DNA of 64,000 nucleotides from Octopus vulgaris (GCA_951406725.2 OX597814.1:83638001-83702000), one strand, 5' to 3'. Shown: positions 1 through 12,329, counted from the stretch's first letter. Program-made: numbers and translations. Notes: generated by a model not told the origin, from the letters alone.

Positions 1-518
1 ATGGCATGCACAGATGAGATATTTCAGCTAGCAAAAGACCAATGTGACTAAAACCCAAGACAAACACCCATGCTGCATTGCTTGATCAGGACATCTGGCA
101 TGGAAAAGTTGCATTAGTCTGAGCAAGCTGCCCAACTGGATGATGTTGACTAACCATTTACAAAGCTCATGTTAGACCCACAACAGAATATTGCTCCCAT
201 AACTTCTATGGAGCTACTACTTATATATACAGACATTCTAGACTACATCCAATGAAAAATCAGTCTGGTTGGCCTGAAGTCACTTGCCAACAATCTTCAG
301 CCTCTGATTCACAAACTTATTGTCTCATGCCTCAGTCTTTTCCAATTACAGTTTAGCCTCCCAGAGTTGGCTAAACTCATGTCATCTTCACTCATGTTCT
401 TCCAACTCTCCCTCATCTTACCTCCACTCACCATCAATATGATGTGTTCCCCCATTTTCCACTGACTCCATACTATCTACTATTTCTTGTCCTTCCTGCA
501 AAAACAAATATGTATGTG

Positions 519-522
<4 letters not shown>

Positions 523-570
<48 letters not shown>
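523..570. repeat. (TG)n microsatellite
   Basis: Uninterrupted TG run. Confidence 0.95.
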
Positions 571-573
<3 letters not shown>

Positions 574-755
574 GCTTGAACATGTAGTTAAGAATTTTGC
601 TTTGAACCACTGGCATCAAGTTGTTTCGTTACATAGTACCATGGCAAGTATCTTCTACTATAGCCCCCAGGTCAACTGATGACTTGTGATTGAATTCAGT
701 GGATGGGAACAGAGCAGTTTATGGTAGCCACTACACACACTTTTTTTCTGTGTCC

Positions 756-791
756 CTTTCTGTAGAAAAGCGTAGGCTTGAAACGTAAAAG
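756..791 (+). ncRNA. Minimal type-I hammerhead-like motif (family B, CUGUAGA core) in a Penelope-type terminal-repeat fragment (~750-885)
   Basis: cttt-CTGTAGA-a-aagc(gtag)gctt-GAAAC-GTA-aaag: stem I cttt/aaag, stem II aagc/gctt, palindromic ACGU stem III. The surrounding ~130 bp matches the reverse complement of 62700-63025. Confidence 0.55.
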
Positions 792-883
792 ACTTTTTCT
801 ATCCCTGAGCGTTATATTAACACATCTGTTTGTTTTATACACCACTTGTCTTCGTCTTTTGTTTTTTTTTCGTGAACTCTCCC

Positions 884-886
<3 letters not shown>

Positions 887-963
<77 letters not shown>

Positions 964-993
964 TGTATAAACATGTATATACACACACACACA
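887..993. repeat. Compound (TA)n(GA)n(CA)n microsatellite
   Basis: Direct inspection; explains the spurious ORFs at 696-1074. Confidence 0.95.
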
Positions 994-1526
994 CATTTAT
1001 GTATATATTATACAGCATTCATAACCGCAATTTTTTCCCCCGAGCGGTTTCATACAAAACAAAATTCTTCCTAGAATGGAAGAACAATTTAATACTTGTC
1101 AGACTTCGCTGACCAGACAAGTATCGCTTCGGTTCTGTTGCACTGGTTGTCTCAAACACCACATCCGAAACAAAAAAGGGAATGAAAAACAAAAACGTAA
1201 GGTTAGCTTTTAACCCCATAAGAGTTATGTCCCTTAGACTAATCCTTTTTTTTTTTTTTTTTTTTTTTGTCATTGCTTTAGCAAGAACTGTCTCTTGTCG
1301 GTTTGTGTGGAAATGTAAAAAGATAAGGTAGTAAGGGAGAAATAGAGTGAGGAAGGGTTTACAGGGATTTATGTCCATTCAATTACTTGCTATACAAATG
1401 TATTTTTCTGATTTATGAAATTTCCTTGGACATCAGTATATATCTGTATGTGCCTGAGTAATATATATTTGCATATATTGTGTATGTGTGTTCTCTTACT
1501 GCTTGACAACTTGTATCGGTTTGTAG

Positions 1527-1750
1527 GGCGGCGAGCTGGCAGAAACGTTAGCAAGTCGGGCGAAGTGCGTAGCCGTATTTCGTCTGCCGTTACCTTGTGA
1601 GTTCAAATTCCGCCGAGGTCGATTTTGCCTTTCACGCTTTCGGGGTCGGTTAAATAACTACCAGTTACGCACTGGGGTCGATATAATCGACTTAATCCCT
1701 TTGTCTGTCCCCTCTAATGTTTAGGCCCCTGTGGGCAATAAAGAAATAAA
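1527..1750 (+). mobile_element. tRNA-derived SINE (family 1, Meta/Sauria-like central domain)
   Basis: ggcggcgagctggcagaaacgttagc head, B-box-like gagttcaaattcc, central gcctttca..ctttcggggtcg..taccag, tail cccctgtgggcaataaagaaata. Many homologous copies in the window. Confidence 0.85.
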
Positions 1751-3891
1751 AACTTGTATTGGTTTGTTTGTATCTTGTAACCTAGCGGTTCAGTAAAAAA
1801 AAAAAAAACCATAGGATAAGTACCAGATTGAAATAAGTCCATCGAGGTTGTGGCCCGTATTCTAATGACCAAACATATAAAAGAAATGCTTTTGATACAC
1901 CGGCACAACTACAGTTCGGTGCATCGCCAACATTATTTCTTCATAACTTTCTTTAAAATGTGTATTTTTTTAATAGAATACAGACATACATTTTTCACGA
2001 TTATATTAATAAAACTTTTTTTTTTTCGTTTTTCGACTGAGTTGTCAATTACGTCCACGAACGCATCTCCACAAAATTTCATCCAAAACGAGAGGGAGGT
2101 GAGACGAAACACCACCGATAAAAACTTTCCACCACCACCTAATTTTACCGACATAACTGAAAACGTTTCTCTGCTAAATTTTTGTTTAAAAATATGCATT
2201 TAAAAAAAAAGTTGAAGAAATAAAATCGGGATGGGCACCAAACAATAGTTATGTCTTTGCCATGTAGTCAGGCAAGAAAACCGAACCTATAATTATATAG
2301 CCAACTAAACTAATGGGGTGAGGGCAGGAAGTTATCCTCAAACCGAAGAACTGGTCCGAATGATGCAACATAGTGACGTCCAATAAAGGCACCTAAGGTG
2401 TCAAGTGTTCATGTTAAGCTGGATAGCCTCAAAGAAGAAACGTTATCCAAAATCGAACGAACATTTTCTCTCTAACATTACTTCATCTTCTGGAAAAGAT
2501 ACTCGGGAGTGGGTTCTCGTTGGCTTCTCTAGGCTCATAAAAGAATTTTAAATAGTAACTGTCAGATAAAATATTCGTCTGTAGTTCAATATCTACAATT
2601 AATATTTACTGCTTGAGGCGAGTTTACAGAATCGTAAGCACGCCGGACAAAATGCTCCGGCAGCATTTTTTCCGGCTTTACGTTCTGAGTTCAAATTCCG
2701 CCGAGGTCGATTATGCCTTTCATCATTAATGAACATATTAATCATAAGTTACACTTATTTATAACCTAAAAGGAAATATTGTTTCCATTGTGTGCGTGTG
2801 TTATGTTTGTGTGTGCGTGTGTTATGTTTGTGCGTGTGTGTATAAGGAAATTGTTCGATCCCGCCTCTTGCAGGTACTTGTTTTGCTAACTCTGGGAGTT
2901 GACAGACGAAGCCGAGGGATTTGCGTGAGGGATTTTAACTTAGACCCAAGTCTCAACTAAACACCATCTGACTATTGGCGGAGGTATAGGAAATAAGATG
3001 TCACCTTCACACTTTCTTTGGAGATTAATAAAAGTGATGTGTAACGAAACATCTGAGAATCGAAACGAAACCATCACAACTCACCAGGGGAATGTATCCC
3101 ATTACTCTTACACCACTGCATTGTGTGGTACATTATTAGTTTCCGAAATATTACCTAATGGCGTATCGAAAGGTAAACACAGTAATGTTTGGGAATTACC
3201 TACCTTGACATCATTGGTTGCTATATCAACAAATAAACTTTTTGCCGTAAAGCGGTCTATAACAAAGCGTGAAACATATTTTCACCATGATCTTGTTGGA
3301 TATTGTTTTTATAAGTAATATCTTTCAACAAAAAAAAATATCACTTACATTTTAAATTCTATAATATTGGTGTCAGCAAATCACTTAGACGCCTCAACTA
3401 TTATAAACACGTGTACATCTTAGGAATGCATGACCAGCGTTGTCAAGTCTATTAGTTACGTTCTGAGTTCAAATTAACTTGGACCGACTGCTTTTTCATT
3501 TCTCGTGGTCGATAAAACAAGTCCTGATCATAGATTTATTCAATCAACTATTTCTGCGACAGTTAACCTTTTACTTTCGTGAGAAAACAATATTTTTGAT
3601 CTTTAAATTTCATAAATTTGAAAAACTTTTGTTCTTGTCTTTCTCTTAACGGAGATTGAACGCCTGTCTTGTAATAACGGGATTTTGTTGTTGTTGTTGT
3701 TATTTATTTATTTTGGGTTGTTTTTTTTTCAATTAATCATTTGTTTGAATATTTTACTTCGTCTTCTGGAAAAGATACTCTGGAGTGGGTTCTTGTTGGC
3801 TTCATCAGGCTCATAAGATAATTTTAAATAATAACTGTTAGATAAAACATTCGTCTGTAGTTCAATATCTACCATTAACATTTACTGCTTG

Positions 3892-4100
3892 AGGCGAGCT
3901 GATAGAATCGTAAGCACGTCGGACAAAATGCTCTGCAGCATTTCTTCTGGCTTTACGTTCTGAGTTCAAATTCCGCCGAGATCGATTGTGCCTTCCATCA
4001 TTTCGGGTCGATAAAATAAGTAACACTTGAGCACTAGGGTACATGCAGTTCACTATCCCGCCTCTTAAAAATTTTTGTCCTTGTGCCTTTAGTAGAAAGA
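3892..4100 (+). mobile_element. SINE family 1 copy with 18-bp TSD
   Basis: Homologous to 1527-1750. Flanked by attaacatttactgcttg (3874-3891) and attaatatttactgcttg (4101-4118). Confidence 0.85.
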
Positions 4101-5124
4101 ATTAATATTTACTGCTTGTTGGTATGAGTTATTTAAAAGGTATCTTTACAATAAACACAGCAGTGTCCGTGACAAGATAAGAACTGTCTAATTAGTATTG
4201 TGTGCAGTTACTAATGTCAGTTTTTGATATTAAAAGGCAGTATCTAACAAAAGGGGGTCAGAATCATTAATATTATAGGGAATAGTAACGACAACTATTT
4301 GCTTCAATGATACAATAACTTCTAATAAGTGGGCGTTTGCATAGTCAATTTGAAAACTCACGACAATAAATCGTAACTTTTGTACAATATTAAAGAAAAT
4401 AATTATATTTCACTTTATTTCGCCTTCAATGCACTTTGTTAATATGCAAAGAAAGGAATAGGCTATTGTCTGTACACTATTGCCATTCTGATTAAAGTAT
4501 AACTATTATATATATATCTATCTAAACAAGGTTTTATTGAATTTATATTCGAGAACCTTTGTGTTCCAATAATTGCAGATAACTGTTCAGTTTTGTCCTG
4601 AATCACGAAACCGATCAATACTTTAATATACTGAAATAGATTATTGTAACAGTGCATTGAAGGTTTTTTCCACCTTCAATATTTTTCAACTTGGAAGATT
4701 TTCTGGAAACTGTCTATAAACTTTGACATGAAAAAATCCGTACTTGTTTTATTCAAAACTCAATGCATCACTCACTTTATCACTCCTCATCCCCTGGTAT
4801 CTCTGTTAAATGATCGTCAGCTGCTAATCCAATCTGCAAAAGTGTTATGCGCGTCTGTCTAGCTATACTCAATTTTCACATCTACACTTACTCAACGCTT
4901 GACTATATATTAACCTGAGCAACTGTAAAAACATGCACGCAACCGATAATCTCACTAGTTCACTATCTTCTCAGTTTCTGAGCATGACAGCATAGACAGT
5001 TTGAAATACATCATTTGCAAACCACCGCAGAGTTGGCAGCAAATAATTACTTTTTAGTGAATAAATGCACCGCATTTTAGTCAGATATTTCTGGTATTAA
5101 TACTCTGCTCTTATTTCTCTCTCT

Positions 5125-5179
<55 letters not shown>

Positions 5180-6239
5180 ATCTCTTCTATAATAATAATA
5201 ATAATGAGCTGATTGTATACAGTGCACTACAACTCGTCGGAAAAGAGTGTAGCGGCGATTCGAAACCGAATCCCTGGACATGAGGTCATACGTCACGAAC
5301 CACCATTGTTTCCCGTGATCGGTCTATTAAGCGACTCAACCAGCGTGAAGCAATGGCGTGGACAAGGTTTTCTCGGACAGTCTAGGATTTGGCTTCTGGT
5401 CCCCTTTATAAAGCGTTCGGTGCGAACTTTTGCAACCAGACGGCCAAAACAGAAGGATAAGATAGATGACCAAGAACTGTCGCCACGAAGAGAGCACAAT
5501 TGTTTTCACGTATGTTGCCATACCAATAGCTTGCTGTAATCTCAGAGGAGTATCTCCCAGTCTGTAATTATTGCTGTTGTCAACTGAAAAAGGCATCGCA
5601 GTTTGTTTTTATGTGCGACAATAAATTCTTCTGTTAAATGTTTGCAGGTATTGTTCAGTTACTTCTTCATACAGCCTAGAAACATATTTTCATTTTTTAA
5701 TTCAAGCAGCTACCATATCACTATAAATGGAACATCATATGGTCGCTTGTGACAAAAGTAAAAGATAGACAAAAGGCAACAATGATGGCCAAAAGTGTAT
5801 GCATAGTACACAGTATAAAAGACAGAAAAGATTAAGTGAACTACAAAGAATAAGTGGTGCATGAGACGTCAGGGGTAGTTTTAGCAAATCTCAAGAATGA
5901 TGGTTTTTGAAGGATGCTGTGTGCTAGTAGTTGACCGATGCGGGTAATTTATTTCATGCCTCGACAATTTGCGCTATTTATTTCTATTTCTATTTATTTT
6001 TATAAGTATGTCTATAGATGGTGGAGATATTGAATTCAAAGAGGTGACCAAGGGTTTCTACAAAATCAACTGCTAGACACCGAAACCTTATTGTATCGAT
6101 GTCCAGAGAAGCAAGATGTTGTAGATATGCTAAGAGACTGATGGAAGGTATTTGGCTAGATATCTCTGAACAAATTCCAGTAGATCAACATACAAGATGC
6201 AAACTGTAAGTGTGGACTCAGCAATATATAGCTTTAAAT

Positions 6240-6610
6240 AATTATAATTCCTTTCTTCGACCCAAAAATTGATACTAATGGTCGGTGATCAGTTTGGTGC
6301 TAAAAACTTCCACCGAGCAAAAATCTGTGAAATTTCTTCACGGCAAAAATGATTGCTAGAGCTTCTTTCTCTATTTGACTATAGTTTTCTCTGCCGCTAT
6401 CAGAGAACGTGAGGCATGAACTACCGCCTTCTTCAAAAGCGCCAGAAGCTACAATCCCCTCTGCAGGATCGAAATGAGCCAGCGACAAATCCAATACTAA
6501 TACTTTTTTAATATCGTCAAACGCCTTTTGACAGTTATTTGACAAATTCCACTTTACATCTTTTTTTAGCAAATTATTATGTGGAGCCTTCAATTTATGC
6601 ATATATGGTT
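6240..6610 (-). mobile_element. Ty3/Gypsy LTR-retrotransposon pol remnant (RT connection / RNase H)
   Basis: Translation LLKKDVKWNLS..CQKAFDDIKKVL..LAHFDP..NYSQIEKEALAIIFAVKKFHRFL..TDHRPLVSIFG, typical of Gypsy RNase H. Contains stops and deletions. Confidence 0.85.
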
Positions 6611-6697
6611 TTTGATTGATTGATTGATTCTAGTTTCAGCTTATGAGCTGTGGCCATGCTGGGGCACCGCCATTTGGTGTTGCTACTTGGTTTCACT

Positions 6698-7708
6698 TCA
6701 CGAAAGCTTTCTAGCAACTGCCATTTGGTGCATGAGAGAGTTCGATGCAGCTGCCCTCATCTGTCCCTCCTGCCGTGAAGTTGGTTCATCTGGGACACCT
6801 GACAGGAAGAGATCCAGCTTCATTTTAAAGACATCTGCATCCACCCCATGCAGGTCTCTCAGGTTCTTCGGGAGGATATTGAAGAGCTGTGGGCCTCGGA
6901 AGCCCAGGCTATCACAGAATCTTGTCCTACATCTTGCTGGCAAGTTTGGAGTCCTAGGCACCACGCAGTGGCGCCCAGTTCTGGCATTTGCGTAACTCTC
7001 GATGCCAAAGTTCAGGACACGTCCCTCCAGGATCTTCCAGATGTATATTATGGCATATCTTTCCCGCCTACGCTCCAGGGAATATAGTTTTAATCTCTTG
7101 AGTCTTTCCCAGTAGCTTACATTCTGCATAGAGGCTATCTTCTTCGTGTAGCTACGTTGGATCGCCTCGAGCTCTGTGATCAACTTGACACTGGATGGTG
7201 ACCATAACTGAGAGCAGTAGTCAAAGTGGCTTAGGACAAGTGTCCTCCAGAGGACCATCATGGTTTCTTGTTCTCTTGTTCTAAAGGTTCTGAGGATCCA
7301 TCCGGCCAGTCGTCTACATTTCATTGCCAATTTAGCAACATGTACACGAAAGGTCGCGTCATCACTCATGTAAATACCTAGGTCACGCACTGATTGTGCC
7401 TCTGGGATTGCTATTCCTCCGGGTCCAGTGTATTCATTGGGTATTGCATTTAGTTTTGCATGCTGATAGTATAGAGCTTGAAACTTTTCAGCATTGAACT
7501 GCATGCTATTCTTTTCGGCCCACTTGTATATTTTGTCCAGCTCACATTGCAGGTGTTTAGTGTCCTCAGGGTTCTGTATTGCCTGTGAAACTTTTGTATC
7601 ATCTGCATAACTTGTGATCGTGGCTCTCTGCGTGGCTGAGGGCATGTCTGAGAGGGCCATTATGAACAGTAGTGGTCCCAGAACAGTGCCCTGCGGAACA
7701 CAGCTCAC
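6698..7708 (-). pseudogene. LINE ORF2 C-terminal part (RT C-half, thumb, C-terminal domain)
   Basis: VPQGTVLGPLLF, YADD, RDLG, DYCSQLWSP, LERRRER motifs. Confidence 0.85.
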
Positions 7709-9753
7709 TATATGCGTGTTAATGTTGCTACTACCTCCTGACTTCTATCTTTCAGAAAGTCATGAAGCCATTCTCCCAGTTTTCCAACTATGTTGAGATC
7801 ACGCAGTTTGTGACATATCATTCCATGATCGACTTTATCAAAGGCCTTTGCAAAGTCGAGATATATCACTTCCACATTTGAGTGGTTGAGCAGCCGTTTC
7901 AGCACCCAGTCATAGTGTTGTAGGAGCTGAGTTAAACAGCTTCTCCCTGGTCGGAAACCATGTTGGGTGTCGGGCAGCAAGTCATTCTCTTCAAGGAAGG
8001 TGATCAGCTTCCTTCTGACTATTCGTTCCATGACCTTGCTGATGTGTGAGGTCAGAGAGATAGGTCTATAGTTCTTGGCTTCCGCTCTGCTACCTCCTTT
8101 ATGAATGGGGCATATTTTACCTTCCTTCAGTTTTCTTGGAAGTTTGCCAGCTGCAAGGAAGTTCTGAAAGAGGAACTGCAGTGGTCTTGCTAGGACTCTC
8201 TTACATGCTTTTAGGAGGATTGCCGGGAATCCATCGGGGCCAGTAGCTGAGTCTGTTTTCATTTCATCTATAGCCTTGATTACATCGTCTTCCTTTATAT
8301 CGATGTAATCTATCGTCGCTGCCTCTGATTTTATATCTGCAGTGGTAAAAAAGTCAGTTGGATTGGTGATTTGGAGATGCCCAAGGGGTGGAGTGAAAAC
8401 ACTCTTGAATTGCTCATTCAGTATTTCACTTACCCTCATTGGTTTTCCTGTAAGTGTGCCATCCTTTTCGAGGAGTGGCCCTATTCTACAGTGCACCGTA
8501 GCTGTTTCTTTGGCATACCTGTAGAAAGCTCTGGGGTTAGATTTTATGTTGTCTATAGCCCAGGCTTCTTTGTCTGCTCTTTCTTTTTCATGGGAGAGTT
8601 GCAGACATTTTTCGATTTCCAACAGTTTTATTTTTAGGCGGGACTTTTCACTGCTTTCAATCTGTTTGTTTAGGCGATTTGAAAATTTTGTACGCCGTCT
8701 CATTAAAATTTTCCTCTCTCTGGGGATTTTGTTCTTGTGTACAGTGGCCTTTCTCTCTGGGACACATTTGTAGCATATGGCTTGCATTACAGACATGAAT
8801 TGTTGAAGTTTCATGTCGATGTCTGGCGAGGAGAGACATTTAGGCCAGTTTTGTTTGAGGATCTCTTTCTCAATTTGTTTCAAGTTTGCCTTATGGTAGT
8901 TCAAGCTGGAAAGATTCTGAGGGTTTCTTGTAGGCTGCATGTCCGTGCTCTCTTTTGGCCCGTACATGGTCAGCTCTATCATGTTGTGATCCGAGAGTAG
9001 TGTCGGTGTCACTTTCACATTATGGATGAGATCCATGTCATTTGTGAAGCAGAGATCCAGTGTGTTACCTGCCCTGGTTGGTTGGAGTATTACCTGCTTC
9101 ATGTACAGGGTGTTGATGAGGTTCAGGAGGGACCTCGCCTGTCCTCGTTCACATCTTGTCATTCCTGGGAGAGAAAGGCCCTCGGGCCATCTGACATTGG
9201 GCAGATTGAAGTCTCCCATAAGAAGTACACTTATGTGTTGTTCTAATGTGGTTAGAACTTCTTCTATTTTTATAAGGCAGTCTTCAAACTTGCCCACATG
9301 GCTTGGGGCATCTGGAGGGCGATATGTAGCACACACAACTACATCAAGTTGCCTAATATGTACAATTAGTGTGTCACACACCGAGTTTGAGTATGACAAG
9401 AGGACCTGGGGTGTGAGGTCCTCACGGATGTACATAGCAACACCTCCATGACTCCTTTCTTTTCTGTCGGTCCGTAGTACAGCATACTGTGGTATGTGTA
9501 ACTCCGCATCTGCTATGTCCGGTTTCAGGTGCGTTTCCGTAAGTGCTATGCATAAGGTTTGATTGCATGCAACAAAGTCTCTCAGGAACGGGATTTTTGT
9601 CCTGTTACTGAGTGTTTGCAGTCCTCTGATGTTCAGTAGGAACATCGAGGTGAGGTGTACGTTGTTGCCGGCGGTGTCCATCCTGGGTCTGTTTGCTGTG
9701 GTGGTCTGGTATATAGTGGGTAGTCCCACCTGGTATATAGTGGGTAGTCCCAC
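7708..9753 (-). pseudogene. LINE ORF2 N-terminal part (APE endonuclease + RT N-half)
   Basis: 681-aa ORF ending DRSQEVVATLTRI*. It continues out of frame into 6698-7708, so a small indel near 7710-7730 breaks ORF2. The first ~15 aa come from junction tandem repeats. Confidence 0.85.
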
Positions 9754-9809
9754 CTAGGTATATAGTGGGTAGTCCCACCTATATACCTATGGTATATAAT
9801 TTTGATACC

Positions 9810-10336
9810 TATGGTATATAATTTTGATAATAATTCGCTAGACCTAGAAAAGCTTACCGGAGGAGGTATATTTTTTAATTGCGTCTGCACTCGACGTGTT
9901 CGGTCGTCGTCCGTTCCTGTCGATAATTTGTCCTAAATACTTAATTTTAGTTAACAAAAATTCACATATTCTGTCACTCATTGTGAAACTGTAATCTCTT
10001 ATTTTTTCATTTTACATGCTCGACATGCTGATCATGAGATTCACTTTTGATGGTTTTTGATATATCATCCAAGTATGGAATTACGAATTCATAGTCCGCT
10101 AACATTGCATCCATAACCTGTTGAAAAACTGCAGGTGTAACCTTTAGACCAAATGGTAATCTGTTAAATTTATATAGTTCTTTAGGCGTATTCACTGTTA
10201 AGTATTTTGAGCATTCCTCGTCTAATCTAATTTGCAGGTACGCGTTGAAGAGATCCAGTTTCGAAAATAACTTTATTTTAACTTCGCAAAAATATCCTCC
10301 GGAGTAGGTAGGCGAGAGTGACTCGTTTTCAGACAT
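9810..10336 (-). mobile_element. Ty3/Gypsy pol remnant (RT domain)
   Basis: FSKLDLFNAYLQI, FNRLPFGLK, PAVFQQVMD, PYLDDI, CEF..KIKYLGQII, FLGLANYYQNYIP. Joins the 6240-6610 fragment (MHKLKAP) across the LINE. Confidence 0.85.
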
Positions 10337-10339
10337 TCA

Positions 10340-10450
10340 ATCAATCATCATCATTATTGTTCGACCGTGGTCGAGACAATGGAATTTATCATGCTACGCC
10401 AGACTTCACGGTCCATCATGGCATTACGGAGGTCCTGTTGCTGGATCCAG
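10340..10450 (-). mobile_element. RTE-clade LINE 3' end
   Basis: Translates QQQDLRNAMMDREVWRSMINSIVSTTVEQ*, then a (TGA)n-like tail. Interrupts the Gypsy relic. Confidence 0.65.
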
Positions 10451-10625
10451 TCGTTGCCGAACAAGTTTGTTGCATTTTTTAAAAAACACTTTTGCTTTAC
10501 TGGTTTTATAACGAAATGTAATGTCGCTTACCATTTTGCCTAAGTGTTATCTTTCACTTGTAACGCCTCGTGCACTTTTCGATGTTTTCTTTAATGTAGG
10601 TTTACCAATTTTCTTCCACATAATT
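10451..10625 (-). mobile_element. Gypsy protease-region remnant
   Basis: WKKIGKPTLKKTSKSARGVT..KTSKAKVF resembles the segment after the Gypsy aspartic-protease active site. Degenerate. Confidence 0.5.
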
Positions 10626-11694
10626 TAAAAACAATAGTGAAATTTTTAAAAAAATTTTTTCATAACCTCGCCCGCCCTCCCACCATAAATCCAAAAGTTT
10701 AGGCTTTTTTCGAAATATTTTCTTAATCATAATTTTAATATATGGATAGTCCGAATCCACAATTTGCTTTAGTTTATAATTTGAACATAATTTTGAGACG
10801 AAAAGGTGTGTGATTTAAGAGAGATTCAGCTGTTGTTTCTAGCACATCCCACAACCACTTGGTACCGTCCTCGTTTCCTTGAATTGATGTTTTCAAACAT
10901 CCTTTTCCCCGTAAACACGTTTCATGAAATGATATGTACTGATAGGATTTAAGCAACAACAAAAAATTATTTAAAACATTAGTCCCACCCCACATTAAAC
11001 GAGTCCTCGCTCGTGCGCGTGTGTACAAAAAAGCATTTATGAACAGAAAAGTATGTTATTAAAATTAATCTTTTGAATATCTTTTTTAAACCACTCCGTC
11101 GCCTTGATGAAATTCCTTACGCGCGCACACACACGCTGAAAAACGCACAGAGTAGGCGATAAGATTTTTATAAAGAACAACAGAGATTACAAATGTCAAA
11201 TGAATGAAATCGAATAAAATCTGAAGTGATGAAACGATAAGTAATAACCGCAAAAAGATGTTTCTCAATATCAGTGTGTGTATACGTCAAAATAAAATCG
11301 ACGTTTCTTTTTTTTTTCTTCCTTAGAGAATGATAGAGCGCGAAAACTGTGTGTGTGTATGTATATATTATAGATAGCGTACGTGTGTTTGTGTTGATTC
11401 ATACGCCATGACATTCATTATATGTGTTTGTATTCTGTATGTGTGTATGTTAACGTCACGGAAGCCTTTTTTTTTTGTCAAGAAATAACAAACAAAAATT
11501 ATGTTTAATCGTTTTCATTAATAAATAGAAGTCTAAATATCACAAAACCTCATACTGTACTGCATAAAGTAAGTATGAAAATATATATGTAAAAAAAACA
11601 AAATTCAGATAAAATGTACTATTTCTGAGATATTACGGGAACAAACAAACATATAGTATTATTAAGATAGGCGCAAGTATTTTAGTATTATTTA

Positions 11695-11850
11695 GATATA
11701 TAAAACTGAGAATGTCTCTCTCGCTCTGAATCCCTAAAACTCGATAAGTACCCAAGCGATTTCACTCAAATTTTGCACATGCATTACTTAGAATCCATAG
11801 AGTGTCATGGGCCAAAAACATTTTCAACTTCTTGCTTAATGCGGGCCCAG
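11695..11850 (+). mobile_element. Helitron/Helentron-like non-autonomous fragment
   Basis: tatataaaactgagaatgtctctc...cgatttcactcaaattttgcacatg start; resembles the end of the element at 61767-62048. Confidence 0.35.
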
Positions 11851-12329
11851 GGGTAGATAAACCGCAACTTGAAAGCATTTTGGCAGCGTTAAGGCCGGTA
11901 ATTTGAAGAGTATCTAGCCACTTACCTCCAAATTTACAACAAGCATTAATCAGGCTCCTCGAATAGCTGTTGACAAAAAAATTTCTGACGCCGACTATGG
12001 GCTCCCACCAAAATACAGATTAATCAGATTTCAGTATACTGCACTGGGTTTTATCTTTGTTTTTGCGACGACAAAAATATTGACACTACTAACACATTAT
12101 AAGTAGTGTATAATATTTCATGGAAACCTTTTTTGTCCAATTTAGCAGAGGAAATGAGAACATCAAAATTTTTGTCGACGCTCTGTTGATGCTTCATGTT
12201 ACCATCCCACGCACTACCGGGCCATATTTGTGTGTGTGTGTATGTGTATGTGTGTGTGCGCGGCTGGATAAAGGCACAACAAATCCATTCTCTAGAAGTG
12301 TTCCGTTGATGTTTCACGTTTCCAATCCC

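Larger units (their letters stand above)
6611..9780 (-). mobile_element. CR1-group LINE, 5'-truncated, near-complete ORF2, inserted into Gypsy pol
   Basis: APE endonuclease motifs (LNIRGL, LTETHL, YRPP, GDFN, LDL, SDH) and RT motifs (NYRPISLTS, QHGFR, YLDFAKAFDKV, VPQGTVLGP, YADD). 3' tail ggcggtgccccagcatggccacagctc..gctgaaact followed by (ATCA)n. Confidence 0.92.

Noticed and set aside
696-1378. Several ~70-120-aa ORFs
   Set aside because: They are translations of microsatellites and homopolymer runs.
2998-3318. 106-aa ORF
   Set aside because: No recognisable motif or splice context.
6624-9757. Plus-strand ORFs overlapping the LINE
   Set aside because: Antisense shadow frames of LINE ORF2.
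10774-11028. Exon-like 84-aa ORF on the minus strand
   Set aside because: No recognisable homology and no convincing donor site.
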